Source: a phage
Direction: 5' to 3' (one strand)
DNA length: 64,000 nucleotides
NCBI GenBank assembly: GCA_024682255.1
Contig: GCA_024682255.1_4716.1
Numbering within the stretch: the first letter of the stretch is position 1; every line of letters begins with the position of its first letter. The notes below the pieces were generated by a model, which ran no database searches, had not been told where the DNA came from, and worked only from the letters and a program-made list of their open reading frames with translations. A program made the translations under genes and the position numbers. Below are positions 48,065 through 58,544 of the stretch, in pieces.

Positions 48065-48531
48065 CAGTCTCTCGCTAGTTTCCTTGTTTTGCGTAATCCA
48101 TAAGCCGCATCCAAATCGTCACGTTCCGCCAGCGCGTCTAACCACGTCGCAAGTATGCGTCCATACTCGATAACGTCACGCATGAGAACGTCGAACTGGA
48201 TAACACGACCATCGGCATCAGCAAGCCAACGATTGAATGTGATTTGTGGTGCTAGTATTGCATATGTTCTCTCCTCTAATGCTATTATGTTTATGTTGCC
48301 TTCGTTATCGAACGCTTGATGCCAACGGCGAAGGTCAAGCATCAACGACTCAGCGTCCATATACCACAACGGTAAATACGTTTTACGTGCAACGCGTATA
48401 TCGTAGATGTTGTGAACCCAGGACGTTGTTTTATAAAGCAACAAGAGTTCGTTTAACCGTTGCCTATCATCTTGAAACGTCTTCCTTTTATAACGTTGGA
48501 ACGCACGCCTCAAGAAAAAGCGATGTAACAT
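48016..48531 (-). CDS. hypothetical protein
   Basis: 171-aa ORF. Confidence 0.45.
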   Translation of the reverse strand: MLHRFFLRRAFQRYKRKTFQDDRQRLNELLLLYKTTSWVHNIYDIRVARKTYLPLWYMDAESLMLDLRRWHQAFDNEGNINIIALEERTYAILAPQITFNRWLADADGRVIQFDVLMRDVIEYGRILATWLDALAERDDLDAAYGLRKTRKLARDCCELLTFALSQYTGVL

Positions 48532-48663
48532 GGCATCACCTATGTATCATTCTTGCAGGCATCAATGAAGCCATCACAAGAAGGTAACGTTTACGTCACC
48601 TCCATGACAGTCATCATGAAGGTAATATAGTCCTGTTATTTTTTTCAATACGGAGAATGTAAA

Positions 48664-49293
48664 ATGAGCGAATATGGTGTTGCCCCCGTAGATGATGAAC
48701 CGCAAGAAGCACCTGATAAATTCGAGGTCCGTCTTGACGAAACCCGTAATATCCGTCAACGATTTATTCAACGTCTTGAAATGCTGTTAGATAGCGAATT
48801 CAAAGATTTCGAGCTTAATCCTGGCGCTGATAACAAAGCCATCGTCGACGTCGAAAACGTCGACCGAATAGGTAAGCTGTTGTTGAAATCGTTGGGTGAT
48901 AACGACAAAGTCGACTTAACATTGAAACGTATCAGTGCTGACCAGGCTATGAACGACAGCGCATTGAAAACAGCACAGGCCCTAACCGAAACCATGCTGC
49001 GCCGCTTAGGTCAGATGGATCAACATCCTCTCGCAGCAGGGGCTGTTTATGAAGGCGAAGTCGTGAAGCCAGTCACACCTGAAGAACGTGATCGTCGACT
49101 TGGTTTTGCGTCATTGGAAGAGTTCGATAGCAAGGAGTTTTCACCAGGCGTTCTCATCCAGGGACGTGTCGAAGAAACCAGTGATGCTTTCTACGCTAGA
49201 ATGGCTCAACTGACGGCGTCGGTTCGTGAGGAGGTATCTCAGAAGATGGCTGCAGATCATCAGTCTTCGGAGGCGTCACACGAGGAGGAATAA
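48664..49293 (+). CDS. hypothetical acidic protein
   Basis: 209-aa ORF, ACGGAGA SD. Confidence 0.45.
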   Translation: MSEYGVAPVDDEPQEAPDKFEVRLDETRNIRQRFIQRLEMLLDSEFKDFELNPGADNKAIVDVENVDRIGKLLLKSLGDNDKVDLTLKRISADQAMNDSALKTAQALTETMLRRLGQMDQHPLAAGAVYEGEVVKPVTPEERDRRLGFASLEEFDSKEFSPGVLIQGRVEETSDAFYARMAQLTASVREEVSQKMAADHQSSEASHEEE

Positions 49294-49984
49294 AATAACT
49301 GAACCATTTTATTCCAAAGAACCGCATGAACATCACAGGTGCGTTAGAAAGTTCGATTGCTTCGTAAAGTTTGTCATAAGCCAGATCGGAATCAGGGATG
49401 GTTTCGCTGATTCGTCTGGCTACAACCAGTACGTTACAAATCGGATTGTCTTCTAACAGCATCTGATTGGGGAGGTGCCAGCGTTTGAAATCGTAAAAGA
49501 ACATCGCATTATACGTCTTACGGATTTCTGACGGATGCAGTGTGGCCGGATGACGGTAAATAATTTCAACGCTATCTTGCGCACCGAGGTATTGCTGGAT
49601 GCCTTCTTTTAACGCCGTCGCTGCATCTCCCACAAATTCAAACGGGTACGTATTCACATGAACCGAAAAATCCGGTGCGGCAATCCCTGTCAAGCGGTCT
49701 TTCATGTAATCCGCGACCACGTAACATAATCGCCACATCAACTCCGTCGGAATGCATTTATCGAGAATGGTTTCATCGATATTTGCCAACGCACCCTTAA
49801 ACTCTTCGTAAGTGTAAGTAACACCCGCCTGCTTCTCCGGCTCCAGGTTATAGGGTCGGTAATGCCATTTCTTCCCCCACTTTCTGATAGCCTCCGGATC
49901 CAACGTTGTTGCTACCGCCATTTCGATATCAAGCAGCGCCTCGAGTTCTACGTACACCGTCACTAACGCCGCATTTCCAGTCAT
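49196..49984 (-). CDS. hypothetical protein (3-prime end overlaps convergent 48664-49293; one of the two ends is probably shorter)
   Basis: 262-aa ORF. Confidence 0.45.
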   Translation of the reverse strand: MTGNAALVTVYVELEALLDIEMAVATTLDPEAIRKWGKKWHYRPYNLEPEKQAGVTYTYEEFKGALANIDETILDKCIPTELMWRLCYVVADYMKDRLTGIAAPDFSVHVNTYPFEFVGDAATALKEGIQQYLGAQDSVEIIYRHPATLHPSEIRKTYNAMFFYDFKRWHLPNQMLLEDNPICNVLVVARRISETIPDSDLAYDKLYEAIELSNAPVMFMRFFGIKWFSYFIPPRVTPPKTDDLQPSSEIPPHEPTPSVEPF

Positions 49985-50688
49985 CGTTGCTCTCCAGCTT
50001 CACCGGTTAACATCTGCATATCGGGAGACGTTTTAATTTTCTTCTCGTACTCTTTTGTTTGTTTGAATACCAACTCACCGATTTCTTCCAATTCTTCAAC
50101 GGTGACGGTATGCAAATAAAGCAACGGAATAATCCAGGTATTCGCACGAAGCATATCCCGAATATCATCAACGGTGGGTAATTCCGTAAAGAACTGTTCA
50201 TCTACCGCGAATAAATCCCGGGCGATACCGTCCACCAGTTTATGATTGCTTTCATGGATCCATGCAAAACTTCCAGCAAGATGATCGATAAGCATATCGA
50301 TGTCCTCGTCCGTTGAGAACACTGTACGGCGAACATGCGTTGTGAGGTCCATCGTAAAACCCATTAACGAAGGGGTTTCCTCAGAACGAAGTTCACGCCA
50401 AAGACGGAGCATGTTTTCAGGGATAAACAAATCATGGATGAACGTCACACTGAATTTCGTAACCCAGTCACGAATTGTTGCACCTTTGGAATATTGTTGC
50501 GGTGGGGAATACAAATACACCCAACGTTTTGTGTACGCGATAACTTCCTTTCGCATCACCGCATCTAAAACAAGCACGTAACGATCGGAAGCAAGCTCTT
50601 CTAATAAAAGCTCGAACGCATCATCACTCTCTGGGGAGAACGATCGTTTTATTTCTGCGATACGTCGTGATAACCGACCACGTAACAT
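49981..50688 (-). CDS. hypothetical protein
   Basis: 235-aa ORF. Confidence 0.5.
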   Translation of the reverse strand: MLRGRLSRRIAEIKRSFSPESDDAFELLLEELASDRYVLVLDAVMRKEVIAYTKRWVYLYSPPQQYSKGATIRDWVTKFSVTFIHDLFIPENMLRLWRELRSEETPSLMGFTMDLTTHVRRTVFSTDEDIDMLIDHLAGSFAWIHESNHKLVDGIARDLFAVDEQFFTELPTVDDIRDMLRANTWIIPLLYLHTVTVEELEEIGELVFKQTKEYEKKIKTSPDMQMLTGEAGEQR

Positions 50689-50690
50689 AA

Positions 50691-51365
50691 TTAGCCCTCA
50701 TCAAGGTTATTCTGGAGATGCATCGCGGTGAGGATAACACCAACCGCCGAAACCGATTTTGCCTTGCTGTCTTCAGGGAGCTGCTCCAAGCTTACGGTAC
50801 CTGTTTCTAACAGCATACGGTTCATCGCGTTGAACTTCTTATCGTCGCCACCACGAGCCTGCATCAACTCTCGGTTCACGTTCGGCATCGACCGTCCTAA
50901 CGTCGCCTGCATTTCCGGCTGGCTCCAAGTGGAACCTTTACTATCACCCGTCGGCTGATTGGTGAGCTGGTCCTTGGTGTTGTTGTTTTTCGGAATCGAT
51001 ATTTTAGCACTCAACGTTTCGGCTTGTCGGCGGTTTGGAATCAGGTACAATCGGGTTGGGCGGTCACGAAGCACCAACTGTCCTGTTTTCTGATCGGTAA
51101 GATAAATGCGCTGGAAGAAAGGGAAACCGTATTTCTTACCGACTTCCAACGCCCGTTTTATCGTCACCTCGTTTTTGTTCATGTTGGGTACCCAGATGGG
51201 TAGAATCTCTTTCTTATCCCGGCATAAACGCATATAGGCATCAAACGTCTCATCATCGATTTCGGCAAAACGTTTTTTGTAAATAGCGTAAGTTGGGCTC
51301 GATTCACCCACCAGGTCTTTGATATACCCAAGAATGAATTTTTCTGCTGCAGCGCGGTTGGACAT
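50691..51365 (-). CDS. hypothetical protein
   Basis: 224-aa ORF. Confidence 0.5.
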   Translation of the reverse strand: MSNRAAAEKFILGYIKDLVGESSPTYAIYKKRFAEIDDETFDAYMRLCRDKKEILPIWVPNMNKNEVTIKRALEVGKKYGFPFFQRIYLTDQKTGQLVLRDRPTRLYLIPNRRQAETLSAKISIPKNNNTKDQLTNQPTGDSKGSTWSQPEMQATLGRSMPNVNRELMQARGGDDKKFNAMNRMLLETGTVSLEQLPEDSKAKSVSAVGVILTAMHLQNNLDEG

Positions 51366-51374
51366 AAACGTCTC

Positions 51375-51716
51375 CTATTGTCGTGTCTGTTGCGGAAATA
51401 CCCGAAACACCTGGACAATGATGTTCTTGTCCTCGCGGTTGGCGATGTCGATCATGTGTTTTGTTCCAGGACTTTTGAAATCCCAGAACGCAATTAGATG
51501 CGTAATGACATCACCCATCCACTCATTGCGTCTGAATCCAGCACCTTTACGATAAGGGCCATCCCAATCGGCAGGAAACGTGGTGTATTTAAACCCGTAA
51601 TCCTTCGCGTAGCGGCGCACATGCAAATCAGCGCCTGAATGCGCACCGCCAGCAATGAGATGAACTTTGTCGTGAGGAAGGTTGTGTAACATCTGGTTCA
51701 TACGCTTTTCGAACAA
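51375..51716 (-). CDS. SLOG/DUF2493-like small Rossmann-type protein
   Basis: pattern IAGGAHSGADLHVRRYA...FPADWD...GAGFRRNEWM...AFWD...GTKHMIDIA, recalled family signature. Confidence 0.45.
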   Translation of the reverse strand: MFEKRMNQMLHNLPHDKVHLIAGGAHSGADLHVRRYAKDYGFKYTTFPADWDGPYRKGAGFRRNEWMGDVITHLIAFWDFKSPGTKHMIDIANREDKNIIVQVFRVFPQQTRQ

Positions 51717-51769
51717 GGGATAATCATCCCAGTAGCGTGATCCTGATACCCCTACACGATAGGGTTCGC

Positions 51770-52090
51770 TTATCTTCCACCGCGCAATGACTTTACGTTG
51801 CGTGCAATAAAGGGCGCAACGTAATCACGGAAATTATGGATCCATCCTTTAATGGGTTGGTTGTCGAGTAAGCACTCACGTACCGAAAACGTACTTACTT
51901 CTAATACGCCGAACTGTAGTCGCCAATAGCGATTGATTTCAGCTTGGGTATGTTCTAATGTCATGTACTCAGGAACACGAGCCAATAGGTCGTGTTTAAA
52001 TTGCTCAGCAATTGCTGGTTGATGTGACGCAATTGTCTGCGTGATAACATCAATCAGTTCATGTGCATGCTTGATAGCAGGTGCGGTCAT
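51770..52090 (-). CDS. hypothetical protein
   Basis: 106-aa ORF. Confidence 0.45.
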   Translation of the reverse strand: MTAPAIKHAHELIDVITQTIASHQPAIAEQFKHDLLARVPEYMTLEHTQAEINRYWRLQFGVLEVSTFSVRECLLDNQPIKGWIHNFRDYVAPFIARNVKSLRGGR

Positions 52091-52102
52091 TTATTTAGCC
52101 TT

Positions 52103-53593
52103 TTATTTTTTACTCGGACGATTTAATGCGGGTACCGGGTTCTTTGGTTGTTTTGTCTTTTCATCCATCCAGTACGGGAAGTACTCACCGGTACGCATAC
52201 GCAATAAGTCCATTGTAGACAAGAACGGCAGTGGGTTAGGATCGTCCAAATACGTCCAGTAACCACGCGTGTTTAACAATACATCCCAATCGAAACCTTT
52301 TGCTTTAAGATCGTCGTACAGTTCCTGTGGGGTGCAATACAGTTGTGGGTTTTCGTAAACCTCTTGACGCCAGAGATTATGCATCTGACACAGCTCCGAC
52401 GTGATTTCCAGAGCACGCTGTAAATACTCATCCTCTTCGCAGAGAGAACGAATGGTCGTACGCTGCAACGCAACATCCGGATAAATATCCAAGTATACCG
52501 TTGAAGCACCATCCGCTGATTTACCACCTGACGCATGCATACCCCAACCACGCATCCAATCTTTATCACGCAGGTAGTGGTATTCCGTTAATGATGGTTT
52601 AACCCCTTCGCTCTGACTAACCACAATCGGGAACGGTAAGCCGGTGGGTCCGTTTTTAGCGCGCATGTTAAAGACTTGGATCAACTGCAGATCGGTATCC
52701 CCGATAAGGTTGTCACCAGGCCCACGCGGATAAAGGACGCGTTTATCGGCGTTCTGAAGAATCGTCAGTTTATCGATTTTCCAGAGGTTATTCGTATAAA
52801 ACGTGAAGCGTTCCGGGACGTTCTTAAACTTCTCATCGCCCTTAAACCCTTTCAGTTTTCGTACCGGCTGCTGTCCCGGCATACCACCAACGTTTACACC
52901 ATCACCAAGGTGGGCGGTCATGGTAATGTAGATACCCGCCGACGCTGTGAGTACTGGCATCTGTGATAGAATCTGGCTTTTCGCTGCTGCTGAACGCATC
53001 GCTTCGGCATTCAGTTTTGCACCACCCGCGGTTTCTTTATCGAATAGTGCATCAACGGCATCGATTGGTAATCCAGAGAAACTGTCGATGAGCACAACGG
53101 TCGGCAACCACCAGGTATAGTTCTCACCATGTTTATTAATAAACGGAACGGCTTTGCGTTGAGATTTATCTTTGACCTTGTCGTCACGGAATTTCTTAAT
53201 CGCATCAAACCAAATGTTACCGCTCATCTGAACAGCATCGGTGATAAACACACGTTCTTCTTCGAAAAGATCGACACCTGCGATATTAGACATGTTCATC
53301 GCAAGCGTTAAGATACGTGTTGTCGTTAACGACATTTCTGTGTCGTAAACGCTACTATTGCTGTTTGCGTAACGATCGATAACGCGTAACAAGCGAAACA
53401 TTATGAACGTGGTTTTGTTCATGTTGCCGCGAGCGCCTGCGCCCTCAACAAGCATCATGCCGCCGTTACAAATGCTTTCACCGTGTTTACCGACATAGTA
53501 CCGACCACCAGATGTGGGAATATCCATTAAGCAACCAATGTTGAGATTAAAACGCATCTCTTCACCAGGAGAAAGGTACTTATTAAGATTCAT
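52103..53593 (-). CDS. hypothetical protein
   Basis: 496-aa ORF; no convincing Walker or catalytic motif. Confidence 0.5.
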   Translation of the reverse strand: MNLNKYLSPGEEMRFNLNIGCLMDIPTSGGRYYVGKHGESICNGGMMLVEGAGARGNMNKTTFIMFRLLRVIDRYANSNSSVYDTEMSLTTTRILTLAMNMSNIAGVDLFEEERVFITDAVQMSGNIWFDAIKKFRDDKVKDKSQRKAVPFINKHGENYTWWLPTVVLIDSFSGLPIDAVDALFDKETAGGAKLNAEAMRSAAAKSQILSQMPVLTASAGIYITMTAHLGDGVNVGGMPGQQPVRKLKGFKGDEKFKNVPERFTFYTNNLWKIDKLTILQNADKRVLYPRGPGDNLIGDTDLQLIQVFNMRAKNGPTGLPFPIVVSQSEGVKPSLTEYHYLRDKDWMRGWGMHASGGKSADGASTVYLDIYPDVALQRTTIRSLCEEDEYLQRALEITSELCQMHNLWRQEVYENPQLYCTPQELYDDLKAKGFDWDVLLNTRGYWTYLDDPNPLPFLSTMDLLRMRTGEYFPYWMDEKTKQPKNPVPALNRPSKK

Positions 53594-53691
53594 TGGGTAA
53601 AGACTCCTTCGATTCTTCGACTAATTCTTAGTGTTCAGAGAATAACTATTTTTAGTTAAGACTGACAACCGCTATTTCCACGAGGACAATC

Positions 53692-54534
53692 ATGCATAAA
53701 TTTACCATTCCTGAAGACCCGATTACACTGCAGACCCTTTGGGATTCACATCGTGCTTTATCAATGGAAGGCTTTGCGCAAGACTTCGCTTCACTTACCG
53801 CAGTAACGAATCTTCGCAGTATGTTTACCAATGGTAAGAAGTTTGTTACCGATTGGCTTAAGAAACGTGATGAGACGGTTTATCCTAAAGTTTTCGATGA
53901 CCTCGATACGATTTTTAGCAACAACGCTTACAGCGATCTCATTGGGTATCGTGCTTTTATTCCGAATGGTTTAAATGCGCCGATGTCAGATTATGTTGTT
54001 GCTTTAATCCAGAGTCTGGATAGCGTAATTGGCACCATCCTACCTGATTTGGATAAGTTGACCGTAACGTGCGCTAAAGCCGTCAACGACGTTAACTTCC
54101 GTCGCAGTAGTGGTATGGCTCAAACGCTACCTAAAAACGATCCAGAGAACGTTCTAGAGACGTTACGTGCGATGTTCAAACAAGGGACGGTAACACAGAC
54201 CACTGTAGGCCGTGCATATAAGAACGAAGATGATATTCGTCAGATCGGAAAAGATCTGGATGCTTCCCGTATCCGTGCGCTTGACGTTAATCCTAAAGAC
54301 GTGAAGAAGGCAATCGAACGTTTCATGGAAGTGGCTGACCGTTTAACCGAAATCCTGGTTCAAGACTACAATGAAGGTGCGGTGAGCAACGCGATGATTC
54401 GCGATATTAGCGACGCTATCTACCAAACAGCCAAGCAGGCTGAACTGTATGCGTTTCTCGTGAACGCTTTGGCTGAGGCGATCATCGCATATAACGACAC
54501 TTGGGACGCCGTTAAGAAGAACGCGAAAAAATAA
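53692..54534 (+). CDS. hypothetical protein
   Basis: 280-aa ORF, CGAGGAC SD, followed by terminator. Confidence 0.5.
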   Translation: MHKFTIPEDPITLQTLWDSHRALSMEGFAQDFASLTAVTNLRSMFTNGKKFVTDWLKKRDETVYPKVFDDLDTIFSNNAYSDLIGYRAFIPNGLNAPMSDYVVALIQSLDSVIGTILPDLDKLTVTCAKAVNDVNFRRSSGMAQTLPKNDPENVLETLRAMFKQGTVTQTTVGRAYKNEDDIRQIGKDLDASRIRALDVNPKDVKKAIERFMEVADRLTEILVQDYNEGAVSNAMIRDISDAIYQTAKQAELYAFLVNALAEAIIAYNDTWDAVKKNAKK

Positions 54535-54542
54535 CATAATAA

Positions 54543-54578
54543 CCCACCCTACTACCCCGTTAAGGGCGGTAGGGTGGG
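54543..54578 (+). terminator. 10-bp stem hairpin cccaccctac/gtagggtggg followed by TTTATTTGCCG
   Basis: inverted repeat. Confidence 0.5.
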
Positions 54579-54585
54579 ATAAGGT

Positions 54586-55017
54586 TTATTTGCCGTATAG
54601 ATGTACCACTCGTTGTGTCGTAGGAACGCAGACTCTTACCAGAAGTTTCTTAATCTCCTGACGAATCGTTGCTTTATCGTCATAATAAAGCCACGGTGGA
54701 ACGCGCTGCATTATGCACTGCACGGCTTCATCGTAGTTCGCCGTCTCATTAAGTAACGTCTCACTATCCAGATCTTTCCATGCAGTAATACCAAGTCGCG
54801 CAGCAAACATCAACGCTGAAACCGACTCAGCTATCTCCAATCGCTCATTCATATCCGCAAGACCTTTTAGCATGATGTAATTATCATCATACTGATGTAA
54901 AGTGCCATACAAACTTCCGAAGAGAAGTATACGTTTAGCTTTTGCGGTTAAGAGGAACGACAGGAGAGCGTGTTTCAACGGTTGTTTCTCACGTTCTACC
55001 TGTTCGACCATCACCAT
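54586..55017 (-). CDS. hypothetical protein
   Basis: 143-aa ORF. Confidence 0.45.
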   Translation of the reverse strand: MVMVEQVEREKQPLKHALLSFLLTAKAKRILLFGSLYGTLHQYDDNYIMLKGLADMNERLEIAESVSALMFAARLGITAWKDLDSETLLNETANYDEAVQCIMQRVPPWLYYDDKATIRQEIKKLLVRVCVPTTQRVVHLYGK

Positions 55018-55020
55018 TGA

Positions 55021-56559
55021 TTACTCCAACACATAACGTGGGTTACTGTATATGTTAGCCCATATACCAACGTCGTCCCCCGACTCAATAATCACAGCGA
55101 AACGAAACGCAACATCAGACTCGCGATATGTTACCGCGTACGCTTTCGTTTCCGGTGATGCTAAATAGCTCAAGTTCAGGCGTTGAGGCAGGTCTAACCC
55201 CAAGGACATGGTACAAGACGTAACGCCCTGCTTATCAGGGTTCAGTCTGTAATTCACGTCCACCTTCAAGCTTTTCGTAACCTGCGTAATCGCACTATGC
55301 ACTTTGGTAACCGTTTTGCCTTTCTTATCCTTTTCTGTTTCGAAAAGAACGTCGGTAATTTCGGTTACGACCAGACGCGGTGTGGATTCGCGGTTAGCGT
55401 CAAGCCATTCATCCAGTAACGTCTTTAAGAAGTTCAAGGAATCAATCGCACGCCAAGCAAGGTTAGGCGGATTACATGCTTCCATTAAAATGGCTGTGTT
55501 CGATCCACCTAGCGGAAGATGCACGCTCTTACCGAGGCCTGTCGGACGCATCGTAAGATCGCACTCACCCTCAAGAATATCGCGATGATATTGACGATGA
55601 TGAAGGTTATCCGTGTATGCGATATACACTGACTCCGTTGTCCCATGCTCTAATACCCGAGATGCATGCGTACGCATAATCTCAACAGCATCATCCGGCT
55701 TGCTTAGATAGATAACACTGTACGCACTATCGCTAATCCTTTTCCCTAACTCAAGACGTCCCTTGTTGTCTTTATCGGTGTTACCACCGAAATAGATGTA
55801 GCGGCCATCTTTCGCACGCTCTTGCTGCTGGTTGGTGGTAAAGTAGCAGCGTGAGAACGTAAAGAACGGGCTTATTTCCGGTTCGGGGCTCCAATACCCC
55901 TTAGCCGGAAGTTCGCGGCGTATTTGGGTTCTTACAGCCCAGTCCTGGTTTTGTGACAGATATGTTCCACGCGTTGCCAGCATATCCGCACGTTCGTTAC
56001 CAACATTGCCCTCATGTCCAGGAACGTAGCGCAGCGAAATATCGATAGCGTCGCGCTTCGCATCCCTTATCGCGCTATCGAGTTTCCGCCACCGTTCCGC
56101 ATTCATTAACGGTTTATTGTCGGATTTAACCCAGTTGTTCTCTCGCCAGTTAGCAAGATGGTTGGTGGCACCTACAACAACATATTGGCTGTCCGACAAC
56201 AGCTGGATCCGTTTTGCCCCCTTTGCTTTTCCAAGTTCAATCGCACGTATTGCGGCATCCAACTCAGCCTGATTGTTCGTTACATTGAAACCCAAAGCCT
56301 CTAACTCATCCACGTATTCCTTGGGTTCGACCAGCACAGCGTCTTTAGGAAAGTCGAGTTTAGGGTCAACATAACCGTATTGCGTTGGTTTGGGCTTCCC
56401 ACTTTTTGAGGGTTCCAAGGTGCCTTTTATTTCTTTCACCATATCGTAGGTGTAGCCGTGCACGCCGTAACCACCATACCCACTCGATGTTGGACGGGAT
56501 CCTCCATCGCAGTAGAAAACGGCACCCAGCTCAGTATTTCCTGCCATTGTAAACCTCAT
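55021..56559 (-). CDS. rnhA: ribonuclease H with internal insertion and ~320-aa C-terminal extension
   Basis: CDGGSRP...; TNNQAELDAAIRAIE; LLSDSQYVV; PGHEGNVGNERADMLA match RNase HI catalytic motifs. Confidence 0.85.
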   Translation of the reverse strand: MRFTMAGNTELGAVFYCDGGSRPTSSGYGGYGVHGYTYDMVKEIKGTLEPSKSGKPKPTQYGYVDPKLDFPKDAVLVEPKEYVDELEALGFNVTNNQAELDAAIRAIELGKAKGAKRIQLLSDSQYVVVGATNHLANWRENNWVKSDNKPLMNAERWRKLDSAIRDAKRDAIDISLRYVPGHEGNVGNERADMLATRGTYLSQNQDWAVRTQIRRELPAKGYWSPEPEISPFFTFSRCYFTTNQQQERAKDGRYIYFGGNTDKDNKGRLELGKRISDSAYSVIYLSKPDDAVEIMRTHASRVLEHGTTESVYIAYTDNLHHRQYHRDILEGECDLTMRPTGLGKSVHLPLGGSNTAILMEACNPPNLAWRAIDSLNFLKTLLDEWLDANRESTPRLVVTEITDVLFETEKDKKGKTVTKVHSAITQVTKSLKVDVNYRLNPDKQGVTSCTMSLGLDLPQRLNLSYLASPETKAYAVTYRESDVAFRFAVIIESGDDVGIWANIYSNPRYVLE

Positions 56560-56597
56560 TAATCATTGTCCGTATGATAGCCCAAAGTTGTACGGTA

Positions 56598-57149
56598 TTA
56601 CCGATTACCGTCGGTTGACGTCGGTTGATCGCGATTGACTTTCATTGACTGCAGTTTTCCACCGTTAATTACGCATTGATTGCGTTGTTTGGCGGAGGTC
56701 AGACTATTACAGACGTAATAGGTATCGATAAAACGTTCAACGCGTTCTTGAAACTCCCTCTCGTCAACTTTCTCTTTTTCAAAAGTTCGTAACGCTCGAT
56801 CAACCTCACCCTGGAGAATCCGGTTCTGTTCAACCATACTGTCGATTAAACGGCCTCGTACTTCGTTCGATGTGTAGAGTTGACGAATCAGTTCTCGGTT
56901 GGTGTCTCGCGCATAACGCAATGTTGCATTTTCCTGACGTAAACTCGTCACGTCAGCCATCAAGGTAATGATTTTTTCGCCAGCGAATAACGTCACGATA
57001 CCCAATACGATGAAAAAGCCCGTAATCAAGAATATCGAGGACTGTCGGGCTCCATCTCGACGATAGCGTGTGGGCGGTCGCTTACTTCGCCGAAACAACT
57101 CGCGAAGAAAAGGGAAAAGCCAGGGCAACGCCTTGAGTGTAGTAAACAT
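56598..57149 (-). CDS. membrane protein with one TM helix and coiled-coil region (start at internal ATG with AAGGA SD)
   Basis: IFLITGFFIVLGIVTLFAG hydrophobic segment; ORF track 56598-57293. Confidence 0.45.
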   Translation of the reverse strand: MFTTLKALPWLFPFLRELFRRSKRPPTRYRRDGARQSSIFLITGFFIVLGIVTLFAGEKIITLMADVTSLRQENATLRYARDTNRELIRQLYTSNEVRGRLIDSMVEQNRILQGEVDRALRTFEKEKVDEREFQERVERFIDTYYVCNSLTSAKQRNQCVINGGKLQSMKVNRDQPTSTDGNR

Positions 57150-57203
57150 GCGTGTGTCCTTGATAGTATGAAATTTCCAATACAACTTAACCGAGGACGT
57201 CGA

Positions 57204-58544
57204 ATGATTAGTATTTTTGGTTTTTATACGTACAAAGGGTACGCTAATAACCACCCAAAAACCACGGCGAAATTCGGTGAGTTCAGTCAGCACAGTGCTA
57301 CGTTCAGTCGCGAAATCGGCATCTATACCAACACGGCGTACGCACGTACGACCTTATTAGTGTTGAATGCCGAAAACGAAGCTGGTGAAGCACAAACGCT
57401 GAATGACGACACCGCAGGCCGCATTCTTCAGGTTGGTCAATGGTTGCTGGAAAAAGCCGCATCGGGCGAAATCCAGGAAGACCGAGACCAAGTTATCAGT
57501 TACCTAAAAGACGACTTCACAACGTATCTGGATTCTATCGACATCCCAACACCCACCACCGATGGTACAGTCTATCTACCGGCGTGGATCAGTTTCAAGA
57601 TAACCGCCACCGGCGATGTTGTCAAGATTTGGTTGTCTGATAGCGTATTCCAAAGTCAATATCCAAAATACGAATATGAAGTCGTTCCCCCTGTTCCTAA
57701 GGATCAGTTAGACACCTTCTTCGAAGATCTGGCAACATTGAAGAAACTGGTTGACAGTCGAAGCAGCGAGAAACTGACCGAAGAAATCAACGAGGTGCGC
57801 GACCAATTCCCAGACACACAATTGTGGACGAAAACCTATAAAGCGTACGATTACACCGACGATTCGAAATACATTAATACCGATTGGACGGTGATTATCT
57901 ACGGTGCAGCAGGTAACAACATTGATAATATCAAGGAGTTCCTGCAAAACTGGATTCTTAGCAATAGCACACACGGACGTCCAGACTGGGAAATCGTTCT
58001 GCCGGATCTTTTTATTCCGACAGAACACATCTTCATCCCGATCTGGAACCGCCACAGTGCGCCAGAGATGACCAATCAGGCACGTATCTATAGTCCTATC
58101 TTCGATGATTCGTTGATGGATACCTACCTGAAAAACTTTGCTGACGGTTACGGTGAAACCGCCGAAGTCCGTAAATCGCTTCAAGCGGTGCCGACGTTGT
58201 GGCGTTCGATCGGTTTCTTAAGTGTTGGTAACTCACGTAACCGTGACGGTAAACTTAAGTTCTACGATCGTTGGCCGCAATACGCGCTCATCAGCACAAC
58301 CAGCATTGATATTAACCGTATCGACGACGCGACACGTGAATTCATCACGTTCACTTACGAAATGCTGAAACTGGCAGAATCGCTCACCGAAGACGACCCG
58401 GTACCGTTGGGTTATAGTCGTGTTACGCGTGGTAGCAATAGCTTCTTAGCGAAAAGCCACAACGATGTTCAGTATCTCTTCTTGACAAAAGAAGCGTTCC
58501 TGAAGAAAATGCCGGATGAAGCCGACACGCCTGTTGGAGGTTGA
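57204..58544 (+). CDS. hypothetical protein (start at ATG preceded by GAGGA)
   Basis: ORF track 57168-58544. Confidence 0.5.
   Translation: MISIFGFYTYKGYANNHPKTTAKFGEFSQHSATFSREIGIYTNTAYARTTLLVLNAENEAGEAQTLNDDTAGRILQVGQWLLEKAASGEIQEDRDQVISYLKDDFTTYLDSIDIPTPTTDGTVYLPAWISFKITATGDVVKIWLSDSVFQSQYPKYEYEVVPPVPKDQLDTFFEDLATLKKLVDSRSSEKLTEEINEVRDQFPDTQLWTKTYKAYDYTDDSKYINTDWTVIIYGAAGNNIDNIKEFLQNWILSNSTHGRPDWEIVLPDLFIPTEHIFIPIWNRHSAPEMTNQARIYSPIFDDSLMDTYLKNFADGYGETAEVRKSLQAVPTLWRSIGFLSVGNSRNRDGKLKFYDRWPQYALISTTSIDINRIDDATREFITFTYEMLKLAESLTEDDPVPLGYSRVTRGSNSFLAKSHNDVQYLFLTKEAFLKKMPDEADTPVGG

Noticed and set aside
52103-53593. Possible RecA/UvsX-like recombinase
   Set aside because: Superficial Gly-rich stretch (EGAGARGNMNKTT) does not fit the Walker A pattern GxxxxGK[ST]; left as hypothetical.
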